Part shown: in pieces, positions 10,139-21,087 of the stretch | How the letters are laid out: every line of letters starts with the position of its first letter | Position numbering within the stretch: position 1 is the stretch's first letter | Source of the DNA: Sphingobacteriales bacterium | GTDB taxonomy: Bacteria; Bacteroidota; Bacteroidia; Chitinophagales; LD1 | Direction of reading: 5' to 3' | Length of the DNA stretch: 64,000 nt | Assembly (NCBI GenBank): GCA_018262795.1 | Contig: JADFDM010000011.1 | Span: 44,143 to 108,142 of the forward strand | Made by a program: the position numbers and the translations under genes | The notes under the pieces: model-generated | The model's database searches: none | Told to the model about the DNA's origin: nothing | Seen by the model: only the letters and a program-made list of their open reading frames with translations

Positions 10139-11149
10139 ATGAAACTATTTAGCACTCTACTCATGGCAATTCTTTTTTCGAGCCGCATCTCAGCGCAGGC
10201 AGATGTGCTGGACGATTTGATGAAAGAGGAAAAACCCAAAAAGGAATTTGTCGCCTACACCTTTAAAGGAACACGAATCATCAGCGGCCATTCTATTGAA
10301 ACGGTAAAAAGACAAGCACTTGATTTTCGCATCAGCCACCGCTTTGGCGATATGGCGGCTACCAACAACGATCATATCCATTCCTTGTTTGGCTTTGACC
10401 AAGCAGCCGATATTTTATTTGCCCTCGAATATGGTGTTACCGATGATTTAACCGTGGGCATGGGTCGTGCTAAGGGAGCAGGGCCGGTGCACCAGTTATG
10501 GAATGTGAACATAAAATACCGTGCGTTGAAGCAGACGAAAGATTTTAAATCTCCCTTCACCATTACCATGTTTGCCAATGCTTCTATTACCAGTATGCAG
10601 AACTCGAAAGACCCTACAGCGTTGGATTATTTCCCTAAAAATAGCTACAAGGGTTTTGCCGACCGCATGTCGTACACCTTGCAAGCGCTCGTGGCTTGCA
10701 AAATCACCTCTTGGCTTTCGCTGCAATTATCGCCCACCTTTGTGTGGAGAAACAGAGTGCCTTACAACGATAAGAACGGCATGTTTTTTCTGGGCTTTTC
10801 GGGCAGGGCTAAGTTTAACCAGCGTACCGGATTTATCTTTGAATATTTCCTCCCCATCATGAAGCCGGGAATAGGTGGCAGAGAATACTTCCCGATGGTG
10901 CGAGGTATGAAAAACGCAGCTTATTATCCCTCTGTTAACCTGGGCTTTGAATTTGAAACAGGCGGACACATTTTTGATGTGAACTTTACCAACTCGCGCG
11001 GCATGTTAGAGCAGGATTTTCTACCCTACAATACCGCGAACTGGCTGCAAGGTGCTTTCCGCTTGGGCTTTACCATTTCGAGAACTTTCCAGCTCAACAA
11101 AAAAGGCGGGAAGTACTGGAAGAAGGGGAGTGTAGAAGACGGGAAGTAA
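10139..11149 (+). CDS. DUF5777 family outer-membrane beta-barrel protein
   Basis: FKGTRII.GHS.E, DFRISHRFG, ETGGHIF...FTNS, GFTISRTF. Start moved to MKLFST. Confidence 0.8.
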   Translation: MKLFSTLLMAILFSSRISAQADVLDDLMKEEKPKKEFVAYTFKGTRIISGHSIETVKRQALDFRISHRFGDMAATNNDHIHSLFGFDQAADILFALEYGVTDDLTVGMGRAKGAGPVHQLWNVNIKYRALKQTKDFKSPFTITMFANASITSMQNSKDPTALDYFPKNSYKGFADRMSYTLQALVACKITSWLSLQLSPTFVWRNRVPYNDKNGMFFLGFSGRAKFNQRTGFIFEYFLPIMKPGIGGREYFPMVRGMKNAAYYPSVNLGFEFETGGHIFDVNFTNSRGMLEQDFLPYNTANWLQGAFRLGFTISRTFQLNKKGGKYWKKGSVEDGK

Positions 11150-11324
11150 TCCGTCCGCTACCTTTCTTTTTATTGACCCAAAAACAAAAATCTACTTCTC
11201 CAGCACTGTACTATTTCAACCCGTCACAATGACGAGTGTTGCCTGTCAGTTGTTATTTCTTAAAGGGAATTGTAACTGACGAACCGCTATTTAGTTGATG
11301 ACTTAGAGCTACTTAGAAAAGGTA

Positions 11325-12227
11325 TTAGTAGTTGACATGCGCAAATACCCAAAGGCAAAATGTGACGAATGGAACGGTGAAAAAATATGCATCAAAGCGA
11401 TCGAGAAAGCCACCGTGCCCCGGCATAAATGAACCGGAGTCTTTTATCTGAAGGCTGCGCTTTAGCATAGATTCTACAAGGTCGCCAAATGTGGCACTGA
11501 AAATGATGACTACGGATAGTATCAGCCACTCGGCACGTGAGTACATTTGTAAGGCCGGGATAAGAGTCAGAAACCAAGAAGCGGCAAGAGTGATGACGGC
11601 ACCACCAAGCAAACCTTCGATAGTTTTCTTGGGAGAAATTCTTTCAATCAGCTTGTGCTTGCCGAATAAGGACCCCACTGAATAGCAAGCTGAATCGTAA
11701 AACCAAATGATACCGAACAGTGCTACTAAAAACGCACCTCCGTTGAGGGAATAAATATTGTTAGTGAGCACCATCGGAATTAAAAGATAGACGACTGCTA
11801 TGATATTCCATCCCAAATTTTGGAAGGGTTTTTCTCCCTTTGAAAATAACTCTATTATGAAAAGCCCAAAAATGAGCATGGGGATAATAGTCGTTAAGGT
11901 AAGTGTTGCATCGCGTTGCAGTAATACTTTTTGGAGAATAGATTTTATCGGATTCTCGGTATCCGAAAATATGATTACAGACTCTGAAGAGAGTAAAAAT
12001 GAAATCCAGTAAACGAGTGTAAATAAAGTGATCAGCACTATTTTGTTGTTGAACTTAAAGGTGGAGTTTTCCTTTTTGCCGGCAATGATGTTGAAGTATT
12101 CGTTAGTACTCCCAATTAAAATGACAGACATGACTACCAGAAAGGAAAGTGGATGAAACAAGATGCCGCCAATCATGACAATGGCAAACACCAAACCGGA
12201 TGCAGCCCGTATAAAAAGATTTTTCAT
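11325..12227 (-). CDS. cdsA: Phosphatidate cytidylyltransferase
   Basis: ISPKKTIEG and GDLVESMLKR...IKDSG.FMPGHGGFLDRFD. Confidence 0.93.
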   Translation of the reverse strand: MKNLFIRAASGLVFAIVMIGGILFHPLSFLVVMSVILIGSTNEYFNIIAGKKENSTFKFNNKIVLITLFTLVYWISFLLSSESVIIFSDTENPIKSILQKVLLQRDATLTLTTIIPMLIFGLFIIELFSKGEKPFQNLGWNIIAVVYLLIPMVLTNNIYSLNGGAFLVALFGIIWFYDSACYSVGSLFGKHKLIERISPKKTIEGLLGGAVITLAASWFLTLIPALQMYSRAEWLILSVVIIFSATFGDLVESMLKRSLQIKDSGSFMPGHGGFLDRFDAYFFTVPFVTFCLWVFAHVNY

Positions 12228-13171
12228 GAGTCAGGTAATTCGTTATCAGATACCATTTCAACCTCTGGTTCTTCAAAGCTGGGCGCTATTCTCCATTTGT
12301 AGAATAGATAAATACAGCCTGAAAAAAGTAGCATAGATGTAAGGGTCAGATACCAAGGTGTGGCTGCTTCTGCAAAGTCAGTGCTGATAACTCCGATATT
12401 GAACAAATACTTTAAAAGCACTGTGAGAAAATTATTAGTGAAGTGTGCTACAATGGGAACCCACAAGCTTCCGGAAACGTAGTAGAGATACCCCAGAAAA
12501 GATCCCAGCACCCAGATGGCTAATGTGTTATTGAATTCAAAATGGGCTAAGGCAAAGAAGAGTCCGGAAAGAGCAATTGCAAATACGGGGTTCACTTTAT
12601 TTTTGAGCATATCTCCCAAAAAAAGTCCTCTGAAAAAAAACTCTTCAGCAAAGGCGGGCACTATCGCTAATACGAAGGTGGTGAACAGTAATCGGGGCAC
12701 GTCTTTAAAATCCATTAAAGCATTGGTAATGGCCGCTATCTTCTTTTGGTATTCATCTACTACCGAGGCGGGGAAGGGCAACTTGCTGTTTACTTCTACC
12801 AAAAATTCGATAAAGAATTGAGCGGCTACCATAGCGAAAATTCCCAGCACTATAAATTTGATACCGACAGGGCTTTTTAATCGCAAATGCTCCAATGGCT
12901 TTCCTGATTCTAATGCGGAGAACAGATAAGCGGTGAGCAAAAAACTTCCTAAAGAAGTAATAGCCTGATAAAAAAGAAAGGCTTTAATGTCATTCGCACC
13001 CGTGAAAACACCCTCCACTACCTTTTCCGGCTTTTCAACTCCAAAAAGCCCATGTAAAGAAAGGTACCCAAAATAGGAAACTACACTCATGAACACCATG
13101 AGCAGTGAGAACATCAGAATAGATTTTAAAATAACGGGGAATTGTTTCAGCGGTGGATTCATCTTGCCCAA
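12224..13171 (-). CDS. CPBP (CAAX) family intramembrane metalloprotease
   Basis: EEFFFRG, FALAH, HFTNN. Confidence 0.9.
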   Translation of the reverse strand: MGKMNPPLKQFPVILKSILMFSLLMVFMSVVSYFGYLSLHGLFGVEKPEKVVEGVFTGANDIKAFLFYQAITSLGSFLLTAYLFSALESGKPLEHLRLKSPVGIKFIVLGIFAMVAAQFFIEFLVEVNSKLPFPASVVDEYQKKIAAITNALMDFKDVPRLLFTTFVLAIVPAFAEEFFFRGLFLGDMLKNKVNPVFAIALSGLFFALAHFEFNNTLAIWVLGSFLGYLYYVSGSLWVPIVAHFTNNFLTVLLKYLFNIGVISTDFAEAATPWYLTLTSMLLFSGCIYLFYKWRIAPSFEEPEVEMVSDNELPDS

Positions 13172-13254
13172 ACATAATTACTATTTGTGAACTCCTCAAC
13201 TTCGCAGCCAAGCCTTGTGATGTGAAGTGAGCTTTGGGGAAGTCTAAAAAACAT

Positions 13255-13280
13255 AAGACCCCGAATTGCTTCGGGGTCTT
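13255..13280 (-). terminator. Terminator of efflux operon
   Basis: aagaccccgaa-ttgc-ttcggggtctt perfect hairpin after the tolC-family stop. Confidence 0.7.
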
Positions 13281-13305
13281 CCACACATGCTAACCAAAAT
13301 ACACA

Positions 13306-14616
13306 CTACCAAAATTTGACGCTTCCAAGCCTGTTTAAAGCCAGTTTTGAAAGCAATAAATTGTACTCTAATTGAATTTCACCGAGTCGAGAATCCTGCA
13401 AGTTAGTTTGTGCTGTCAGTAATTCCAAATTTGTAATCACTCCACCTTTATACCTAGCGTTGGCAAGATTCAGCGCTTCCTCTGCTTGTGCTACTTGTAA
13501 CTTGTAATTTTGCAGCTTTTGCTCCGTAGAAGAAATATCGCTTTGCGCCTGCAAGATATCCTTATTCAAGGAAAGTTTTTGCGATTCGAGTGAATAAGTG
13601 TTTGCCTGTAGGTTGATCTTTGCAATTTTTGTCTGATAGTTTGGTCGCACCGCACTAAATATTGGAACATTCAGCCCTACCCCTAAATTATAGTTAAACA
13701 GCAGTTTGTTTACATCGGGCACAAAACCATTTTTATAGCCTACTGTAGCATTGGCAACCACACTGGGCAACCATCCGCGTTTGGCAATTTTAATGTCCCA
13801 AGCCGCTCCGGTCAGTTTATCCTGTATCAGTTTTATGTCAAGGTTATTATCGGGATTCACTTCATTGGCTGCAAAAACTTTATCATCTATTTGTTTGGTG
13901 TGGATGTAATCAAAGGTAGAGTCTCCGGTCATCATATTTAACAGTTGGTATTGCTTGTGAAGCAAGGTTTGTAAATCTACCAAACGGTTACTCGCAATAT
14001 TTTTGCGCACCTGCGTACTGAGCAAATCATATTTGAGAGCATCGCCATTTTTTAATTTGGCACTGATAAAGTTTTCATTTGAATCGAGCAGATTAATTTG
14101 TTCTTGCTGCACTTCCAAACTTTTGTTCAGAAAAACTATTCCAAAATAAACCTGCGCTACCTCATAGGCCAATAGGTTAGTGGAATTCTCAAGATTGTCT
14201 TTTGCGGAAACGATGTCACTTTTGGATTTATTGACTGAAGCCTGTGTTCTTCCAAAATCATAAATGGGTTGTGTGAGTGCCAGCCTGAAGTCGTAATTGT
14301 TTTCGGGGAAGAAGGAAAACTCTTCTAACTGACCGTTGATGGGGAAGGCGATAGACGGAGTCGGTTTGCCATACCGATAGGAGGCTTCCCCGCTGAGGAT
14401 AGGCATATACAAGCTGTTGGCCAAATCCTTTTTCACCTGACTCAACTTTACATACTCATTCCCTTCTTTTAGTTTGGGATAATTAGTTACCGCCTGATGA
14501 ATTAGGTCTGACAGTTGAGAAGGCACTGTGGGCGATTGTCCGCATAAAGACTGCACCACCGGTAGAAGCACTGCTAAGAACAGCCCCCCTCTTTTTATTT
14601 TTCTATTCATTCTCAT
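13306..14616 (-). CDS. TolC family outer membrane efflux protein
   Basis: Signal peptide, QPIYDFG, ARYKGGVITNLELLTAQ. Confidence 0.9.
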   Translation of the reverse strand: MRMNRKIKRGGLFLAVLLPVVQSLCGQSPTVPSQLSDLIHQAVTNYPKLKEGNEYVKLSQVKKDLANSLYMPILSGEASYRYGKPTPSIAFPINGQLEEFSFFPENNYDFRLALTQPIYDFGRTQASVNKSKSDIVSAKDNLENSTNLLAYEVAQVYFGIVFLNKSLEVQQEQINLLDSNENFISAKLKNGDALKYDLLSTQVRKNIASNRLVDLQTLLHKQYQLLNMMTGDSTFDYIHTKQIDDKVFAANEVNPDNNLDIKLIQDKLTGAAWDIKIAKRGWLPSVVANATVGYKNGFVPDVNKLLFNYNLGVGLNVPIFSAVRPNYQTKIAKINLQANTYSLESQKLSLNKDILQAQSDISSTEQKLQNYKLQVAQAEEALNLANARYKGGVITNLELLTAQTNLQDSRLGEIQLEYNLLLSKLALNRLGSVKFW

Positions 14617-14627
14617 ATTCCAATTAT

Positions 14628-16193
14628 TTAGTGAGCTGCCTCTGCGGCTACTTTCTGCGCAGCGGCTGTCAACGTTTTATCTTTTAGAAAAAATATGAAA
14701 GGAAATACTGCCAGCACCACTACCACCGAAAACAAAAACGCATCGGCATAAGTGAGTAAGTAGGCTTGTTTCATAACATTCAAATCCATCAGTTGATACG
14801 CCTGTTGCTGTGCCATGGCTGGCACTGCGACTTTTGACATAAGGCCATGAACTATCGAAGTGTTTTTATCTAAAAAGTTCAATGAATCAGTGGTGATGTT
14901 GCTGATGAGGTCGTTTCGGTGAATGGCAAAGCGTTGTGATACGAAATAATTGATAATCGCAATGCCGAAAGCACCGCCCAACTGGCGCATCATATTGTTG
15001 AGCGCTACTCCCTGAGGTATATCGCGCGGATGAAGGCCTACTACTGCTTGGTTAGTGAGGGTAACGGCCATCATGGAAATGCCGGCAGTGCGCACCATCA
15101 AAGGCAGGAAGAAGTCGTCCATCCCCACATTGATGTTGGTGCGATTGTAAAGCATCACTCCGTAAACCATCACCAGAATAAATCCTCCGATAATAAAGAG
15201 CTTGGGCGAATCTCCGGCTTGTAATCGCTTGCCGACTATGGGCATCACAATCAAAGAAGCCAACGCGCTTGGCATCAGCGACATGCCCACCATAGTGGGA
15301 GTGTAGCCCAATACGCGCTGTAGTAAAAGGGGGTAGATAAAGATGGAGGTGAACAGAGCAAATCCGGAAATGAAAGTGAGGATAGTGGTGAGGGTAAGGT
15401 TGGGGTCTTTCAGCAAACGCAGATTCACCACGGGGTGCTCCTGCTTTAATTCCCACCAAATAAACGAAACGATGCCCACCACCGCGCTGATCGCTAAAAT
15501 CCGAATGCCTCCATCTTCCAACCAATCTTTGGCCTCGCCTCTTTCTAATACATATTGCAACGAGCCAATCCCGATGACCAAGAGCAGAATTCCGGTCCAG
15601 TCTATTACGGGTTTTCCACTGTGATGCACCGAATCATCAATAAATGAATAGGTAAGAAAGGCCGCTAAAATGCCAAAGGGGATATTGATATTGAAGATGA
15701 GCGGCCATGAATAATGGTCAATAATTAAGCCGCCTAAGGTAGGGCCGAGTGTAGGCCCCATTACAATTCCCATTCCGAATACCGCAGAGGCCGTTCCTCT
15801 TTGATCTATCGGAAAGGTATCGAATAAAATAGCTTGAGAAGTGGATAAAAGCGCCCCTCCTCCAATGCCCTGTACAAAGCGCCACAGCACCAACTCCCAA
15901 AGGGTGGAAGAGTTGCCACACATAAAAGAAGCGGCTGTAAAGATGAGGATAGAATAGAGATAGTAATTCTTTCGCCCGAAGTATTGCGAAAGAAATCCCG
16001 TCATGGGAATGATGATAACATTTGCAATGGCATAGGCGGTAATCACCCAACTCACATCTTCGATAGTTGCTCCCAAGTTTCCTGCCATTTCCGTCAGGGC
16101 CACATTCACAATAGAGGTATCAATCAACTCCATGATGGCAGCCGAGATGGTGGTAAAGACAATAATGATTTTTGCAAATCTCTTAATGCCCAT
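14628..16193 (-). CDS. DHA2/EmrB family MFS efflux transporter
   Basis: DTSIVNVAL, WVITAY, RFVQGIGGG, GPTLGPTLGG. Confidence 0.93.
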   Translation of the reverse strand: MGIKRFAKIIIVFTTISAAIMELIDTSIVNVALTEMAGNLGATIEDVSWVITAYAIANVIIIPMTGFLSQYFGRKNYYLYSILIFTAASFMCGNSSTLWELVLWRFVQGIGGGALLSTSQAILFDTFPIDQRGTASAVFGMGIVMGPTLGPTLGGLIIDHYSWPLIFNINIPFGILAAFLTYSFIDDSVHHSGKPVIDWTGILLLVIGIGSLQYVLERGEAKDWLEDGGIRILAISAVVGIVSFIWWELKQEHPVVNLRLLKDPNLTLTTILTFISGFALFTSIFIYPLLLQRVLGYTPTMVGMSLMPSALASLIVMPIVGKRLQAGDSPKLFIIGGFILVMVYGVMLYNRTNINVGMDDFFLPLMVRTAGISMMAVTLTNQAVVGLHPRDIPQGVALNNMMRQLGGAFGIAIINYFVSQRFAIHRNDLISNITTDSLNFLDKNTSIVHGLMSKVAVPAMAQQQAYQLMDLNVMKQAYLLTYADAFLFSVVVVLAVFPFIFFLKDKTLTAAAQKVAAEAAH

Positions 16194-16196
16194 CGC

Positions 16197-17243
16197 TTAG
16201 TATTTTACAGATACATCGAGGCTCATGCCTGCGCGAAGCTTATCCTTTACCGCAGCCAGATCTTCTATCTCTACTTTTACCGGAATCCGCTGGGTAACTT
16301 TTACAAAATTTCCGGTGGCATTGTCGGGAGGGAGCAAGGAAAACTTGGCCCCTGTTGCATCTGAAAACGAAACGATTTTCCCTTTTATCTTTAAGTCGGG
16401 ATAGGCATCGAGGGTGAGAATGGCTTCTTTCCCTACTCCCAAATGCTCTAACTGTGTTTCTTTGAAATTGGCAACTACCCAAAAATCTTCATCATTCACC
16501 ACCGTAAATAGGGGAGTGCCGGCCTGCACAAACTGCCCTACATCAATGTTGCGCTTTCCAATTTTTCCATCGCTGGTAGAATAAATTTTTGTGTAGCTCA
16601 GTTTTAACTGCTGTTGCTCTACTCCGGCTTTCTTTACTTCAATAATTGCCTGTGCTTTTTTCAACTGTGCGTCCGCCACCGCGATTCTCGATTGCGCTAC
16701 CTTTACTTCATCTGCCGTAGCCTCATACTGCCGGCTCACAATGTCCAAATTTGCTTTTGAGTCCTCCAATTGTTTTTGGGTGATGGCAGCATCCTTATAA
16801 AGAGAAAGGTCTCGTTGATAATCCTGCTGGGCTTTGTCTTTTTTAGCAGCAATCACCTCCGAGTTAGATTTGGCAGAAGTAACGGTTGCCTGTGCATTGC
16901 TGAGAGAAGCGCGAGCATTTTCAACATCTGTTTCGGCTTGCAGCAAATCGGCTTTCATTTGTGCTAATTCTAAAGCGTATTCTGAATCATCAATCACAGC
17001 CAACAGCGAATCTTTTTTTACGATAGAATAGTCCTCTACATTCAGCGTTTGAATGTATCCCGATACGCGAGATAAAATCGGCACCATCCGTGCCTCTACC
17101 TGAGCATTGTCGGTGCTTTCGTGATGTAGGGCATGCCATACCTTTATCCCACCTACATATAACCCTATGATGGCTACTATTATTAGCAGAATGCGCACCA
17201 CCAGGGTGCGAGGTGTCATTTTTGTTTTTATCGGAGTACTCAT
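16197..17243 (-). CDS. EmrA/HlyD family membrane fusion protein
   Basis: STDNAQV, ANFKETQL, FSLLPPDNATGNFVKVTQRIPV. Confidence 0.93.
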   Translation of the reverse strand: MSTPIKTKMTPRTLVVRILLIIVAIIGLYVGGIKVWHALHHESTDNAQVEARMVPILSRVSGYIQTLNVEDYSIVKKDSLLAVIDDSEYALELAQMKADLLQAETDVENARASLSNAQATVTSAKSNSEVIAAKKDKAQQDYQRDLSLYKDAAITQKQLEDSKANLDIVSRQYEATADEVKVAQSRIAVADAQLKKAQAIIEVKKAGVEQQQLKLSYTKIYSTSDGKIGKRNIDVGQFVQAGTPLFTVVNDEDFWVVANFKETQLEHLGVGKEAILTLDAYPDLKIKGKIVSFSDATGAKFSLLPPDNATGNFVKVTQRIPVKVEIEDLAAVKDKLRAGMSLDVSVKY

Positions 17244-17269
17244 GATCGCTGTTTTAAAATCGGGTGCAA

Positions 17270-17309
17270 TAGTAAACCAAGTTGACTAAATAGTCAAGAG
17301 GGTTGACTA
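17270..17309. promoter_or_regulatory. Two tandem palindromic operators (probable MarR sites)
   Basis: TAGTAAAC-caa-GTTGACTA (17270-17288) and TAGTCAAG-agg-GTTGACTA (17291-17309) between the divergent emrA-like and marR genes. Confidence 0.7.
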
Positions 17310-17366
17310 AATATTTTATTGTTAAGTTCGCCCCCTGAATCTTCGTAGTAGTTTAAGTGGTAAGGG

Positions 17367-17864
17367 ATGTTGGATAAAAAGACACAGGCTCGCTTAGAGC
17401 AATACATGGCATCGCGAAAGCGGAATATGGCTCGCCTCATTTATATTCTGAACCGATATTTTAATGAGTGGGCACAGAAAAAATGGAAGGAAGACGGCTG
17501 GGAAGATATTCGCCCTGAGCAACTGCGGCTGATCAGTATTATCAGCTTAGAGCCGGTGAATATTAATGAACTGTCGAAGCGTGCACGTGTATCAAAGCAG
17601 GCCATGAGTAAGATGGTGAGCGACCTGATTTCAAAAGGATTTATTGAATACGATACCGACCCCAAAGATTCGCGGTCTAAAATTATTTCTATTACGAAGG
17701 CAGGAGTAGAGTTTATGGATTACTTCCTTGGTTGCTCGCGGATATTGGAGAAGAATTTTGAAGAGAAGATAGGAGTAAAGAAGACGCAGCAACTGATCGC
17801 CATTCTTTCGGAGCTTACCGAAGAAATAATGGAATGTGAGCGAAAGGAATTAGAAGAGAAGTAA
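17367..17864 (+). CDS. MarR family transcriptional regulator
   Basis: INELSKRARVSKQAMSKMVSDLISKGFI and DPKDSRSKIISIT.AG winged helix. Confidence 0.92.
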   Translation: MLDKKTQARLEQYMASRKRNMARLIYILNRYFNEWAQKKWKEDGWEDIRPEQLRLISIISLEPVNINELSKRARVSKQAMSKMVSDLISKGFIEYDTDPKDSRSKIISITKAGVEFMDYFLGCSRILEKNFEEKIGVKKTQQLIAILSELTEEIMECERKELEEK

Positions 17865-18074
17865 TCCACGCAAGAATAGAAGGCTTTGAGAGACCTCTGT
17901 TGCCTGTTTTCTATTTTCTGTTTAGGGGGGTACATGACTTTGTATTTCATGCGAACAAATGAAATTTTCAATCCGACACTATTTTCCAGAATCTAAAAAT
18001 CATCTAACTCTTAAGGAATGGCTGCTTAAACTTGAAGAAAATCAGGTAACTGCCAAAAAGCAGCAAATCAATTG

Positions 18075-18146
18075 TAGCTCCGCGCAGAATCGAACTGCGA
18101 TCAACGGTTCCGGAAACCATCGTTTTATCCATTAAACTACGGAGCC
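18075..18146 (-). tRNA. tRNA-Arg (anticodon CCG)
   Basis: GGCTCCG acceptor stem, D-loop AATGGATA, anticodon arm ATGGT-TTCCGGA-ACCGT, T-arm GTTCGATT; CCA not encoded. Confidence 0.93.
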
Positions 18147-18260
18147 TCGTCAAATAATTGGCGGCAAATCAAATGAAAATTATTTGGTTCGGAATGATGC
18201 CCCTCAAAAAAATCCTGTCTTCATAGACAGATTTATGATTGGAGGCACTACTCAAAACGA

Positions 18261-20888
18261 TCATTCTCCCACTACCAGTTTGCAGTAACGGGGGCTGTTT
18301 CCCGCACGGAAACTAACTAAGTAAAATCCCCCAGGCAGATCGGCAATATCTACGGAGGTTCGCTGAGCGAGGCCATCGCAACTAACCGTTTTGAGCAAAC
18401 GCCCATTGATATCGGTAAAGGTGATGGAAGCCTTGTTGGCATCGGAGGTATTCCATTCCACCATTAAGTGGTCGTGTGCGGGGTTGGGGTAAATGCGAAA
18501 ACCGCCATCGGCTAAAGGAATTTCGGGTACATCCGTAGGGCTGTGAAAACTGTCGAAACTGATATTATCTATGTAAGCCACTGAATTGCCATGAGGAATA
18601 AATTCGATAGCTGTAGTGATAGCCAACTGAGCACTATCGGGAATATCAGCGGTAGAGTAGTTGATATCCGCACTGATGCCCGTGTAGTTGGGGACTGCGG
18701 TATCTATACTTACGGTGGCAGAACCTATCGCCTGTCCTTGTTTAAACAGCATCAGTCTTAACTGAAATGTATCATTATTGACGGGGAGAAACTTGAGATA
18801 AAAATGAATAGATTGATGCCTCCCCGCTACCGGAAAGGCAGGTATATCCTGCAACTCCATGGAGTTTCCAACGAACATAAACCCTGCTTTTTGCAGCGCA
18901 ACATTATTTTGAAGGCGCACAGCCGAAAGGCCGGTTACCCGATCGCTTACCTGCGCTACATTCATATTCAAAATGGGACCGTCAAAAGCGGAGATGAACC
19001 ACCCCTCCGGATAACTGAAAGAGTTAAACTCCCAATTTTCGAAATCACTATTGGGAAGTGTATCGGCAGGAGCCGCACCCGGAAGTTGAAGATCATCTAT
19101 TATTAAAGTACTGGCCGGGTTGCCATCATTCCCCATGCCGTTGGAACTTAATGCTAAAAAGATGAGTGTGTCGGGGGTATAAACAGCAGAATAATGAAGC
19201 GGATAGCTCAGACGTACGAAATTGCCGTTGCTATTGCCGGTAATCGGTAATATCATCAAATCCTTTACTTGCTCGTTTAGTTTAAAAACTAATCCAAAGA
19301 AACCGGTATCCCCGGGAACGATGTCATATTTCGCGAAGCAAACAAAACTATCGGGTTGTGAATGAAAGGGAATTCCTCCACCGGTAACAAATTCATCGCC
19401 TACCGTCCCTAAGTGAATAACTCCTGAATGGGAAGAAATATTCCCCGATAACTGTACTGCATTCGTCCCATTGTAAGAAGGCACTTTTTCAGTGTGCCCC
19501 AAAGCCTCCCATCCGTGAGGCACATCATTGGTTAAGGTGTCCCAAATTTCAAAATCGCAGTTAGTCACCTCGCAATCGGCTGTATAAAATTGTTTTATCT
19601 CTCCGGCACTATAGCCACCTTCGTTAGAAGCTACCAACCGATAGTAATAAAAGGTATTGGGCACAAGTCCCGAAAGTGTATCGCTCACGGTAAATACCCC
19701 ATTACCCGAAACTGTATCAGGGGTAGCCGCTACGGTATTCTCAAGCTGTGTAGTAATACCATATTGAAATTCTGCGGTAGCTGTTGCGTCAAAAACTTCA
19801 ACGGTGCCATTCAACCTTGTGCTGGTAGTGGTGGTTATATCTGCCGGCAAAGTGGTGGCTACAGGAGCAGCAGGCAAGGAGTCGGCATAGGTAATTTCCA
19901 TTCCGTCCTTTCCCACTATTACTCCAAAACCGGTATTAAAAAAGCTAACGGCATTCAGATACATGGAGTCATTGAGCAAATGAGCGGGAACGTTAGCCAG
20001 CGCCCAGGTATCACCGGCATCTGTGCTTTTAAGCACTGTGCCGCCATTGCCTACCGCATAGCCAATTGAGGCATCTGCAAAGTCTATCCCGTTTAACATC
20101 GGGCCGACATTGTCCGCTATTATATTCCAGTTGCTGCCGCCATCGGTGGTTTTTAATATGGTTTGAATGGAATCATTGCTCAAGTGACCTCCGACAATCA
20201 ATCCAGTGTCTGTATTCATAAAATAGAGCGAGCGATAATCCCGTGAGGAGAGATTGCCCGGGAGGGGGATAGGATTCCAGAGGCTGCCCCCATCTGTGGT
20301 TTTTAGCACGATTCCATGATCACCCACAGCATACCCGTGGTTAGCATCTGTAAAGAAAACAGCGCGCAGCCAGTAGCCTAAGTTGTCTGATTGAATGCTC
20401 CAGTTATTGCCTCCGTCTATAGTCTTCAAATAGTTTGAATAGAATCCGCAGCAGGCCATCCACCCACTATATAGCCAACGCTATCATTTACAAAAAAGAC
20501 CCCATTGAAATGCCTGCTATAAGTATTGCCGGGTGGAGTTATTGGGGTCCAACTATTAGCACCATCAATAGTTTTAATAATTGTACCGTCATACCCCCAC
20601 GGCCATCCCCTTTAATGTATCGGTAAAATAGACAGAGCGAATCCATGCTTTTACTACATCGAGATTTATATTCCAGTTGGCTCCTCGGTCGGTAGTCATA
20701 AACACTGAGCGGATAGAGTCGTTGATTTCGCGGCCTCCTCCAATAGCTGCATGGTATTTATCTATCACCTGTACCGAATTAGCATCACGACCGTAAGGAA
20801 CATACCCGGAGGTCCATTGAGCCTGTGTGGATACCGAAAAAAATATAGCCAGCACTAAGAAGCAGTAAAGGGATATTTGTTTTCTCAT
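18261..20888 (-). pseudogene. YCF48/BNR-repeat beta-propeller + FN3-like + carbohydrate-binding-like domains + T9SS CTD, interrupted by two compensating frameshifts
   Basis: ORFs 20589-20954 and 18261-20459 are in the same frame. The intervening segment reads YDGTIIKTIDGANSW...DSIQTI in a shifted frame, matching the protein's own repeats. Confidence 0.8.
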
Positions 20889-21087
20889 AGGAATATTTTT
20901 GAGATGGATGAGTGCTAATGTAATACAAGTGAGGCTAAAGCTGATGAGTTTCATGCCTCATCGTTTTCAACAATGCCCCCACAAGGACACAGGAATAAAC
21001 AAGAGGGAACAGAGACTTATAATGGCCATTTTACATAATGGCGCCATTGAAATGTGGTTCAGATTTTTAAGTGAAAAAAAATGATCG

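Noticed and set aside
18075..18260. tRNA-Arg as a possible integration site
   Set aside because: No integrase and no duplicated tRNA 3' end seen in the window.
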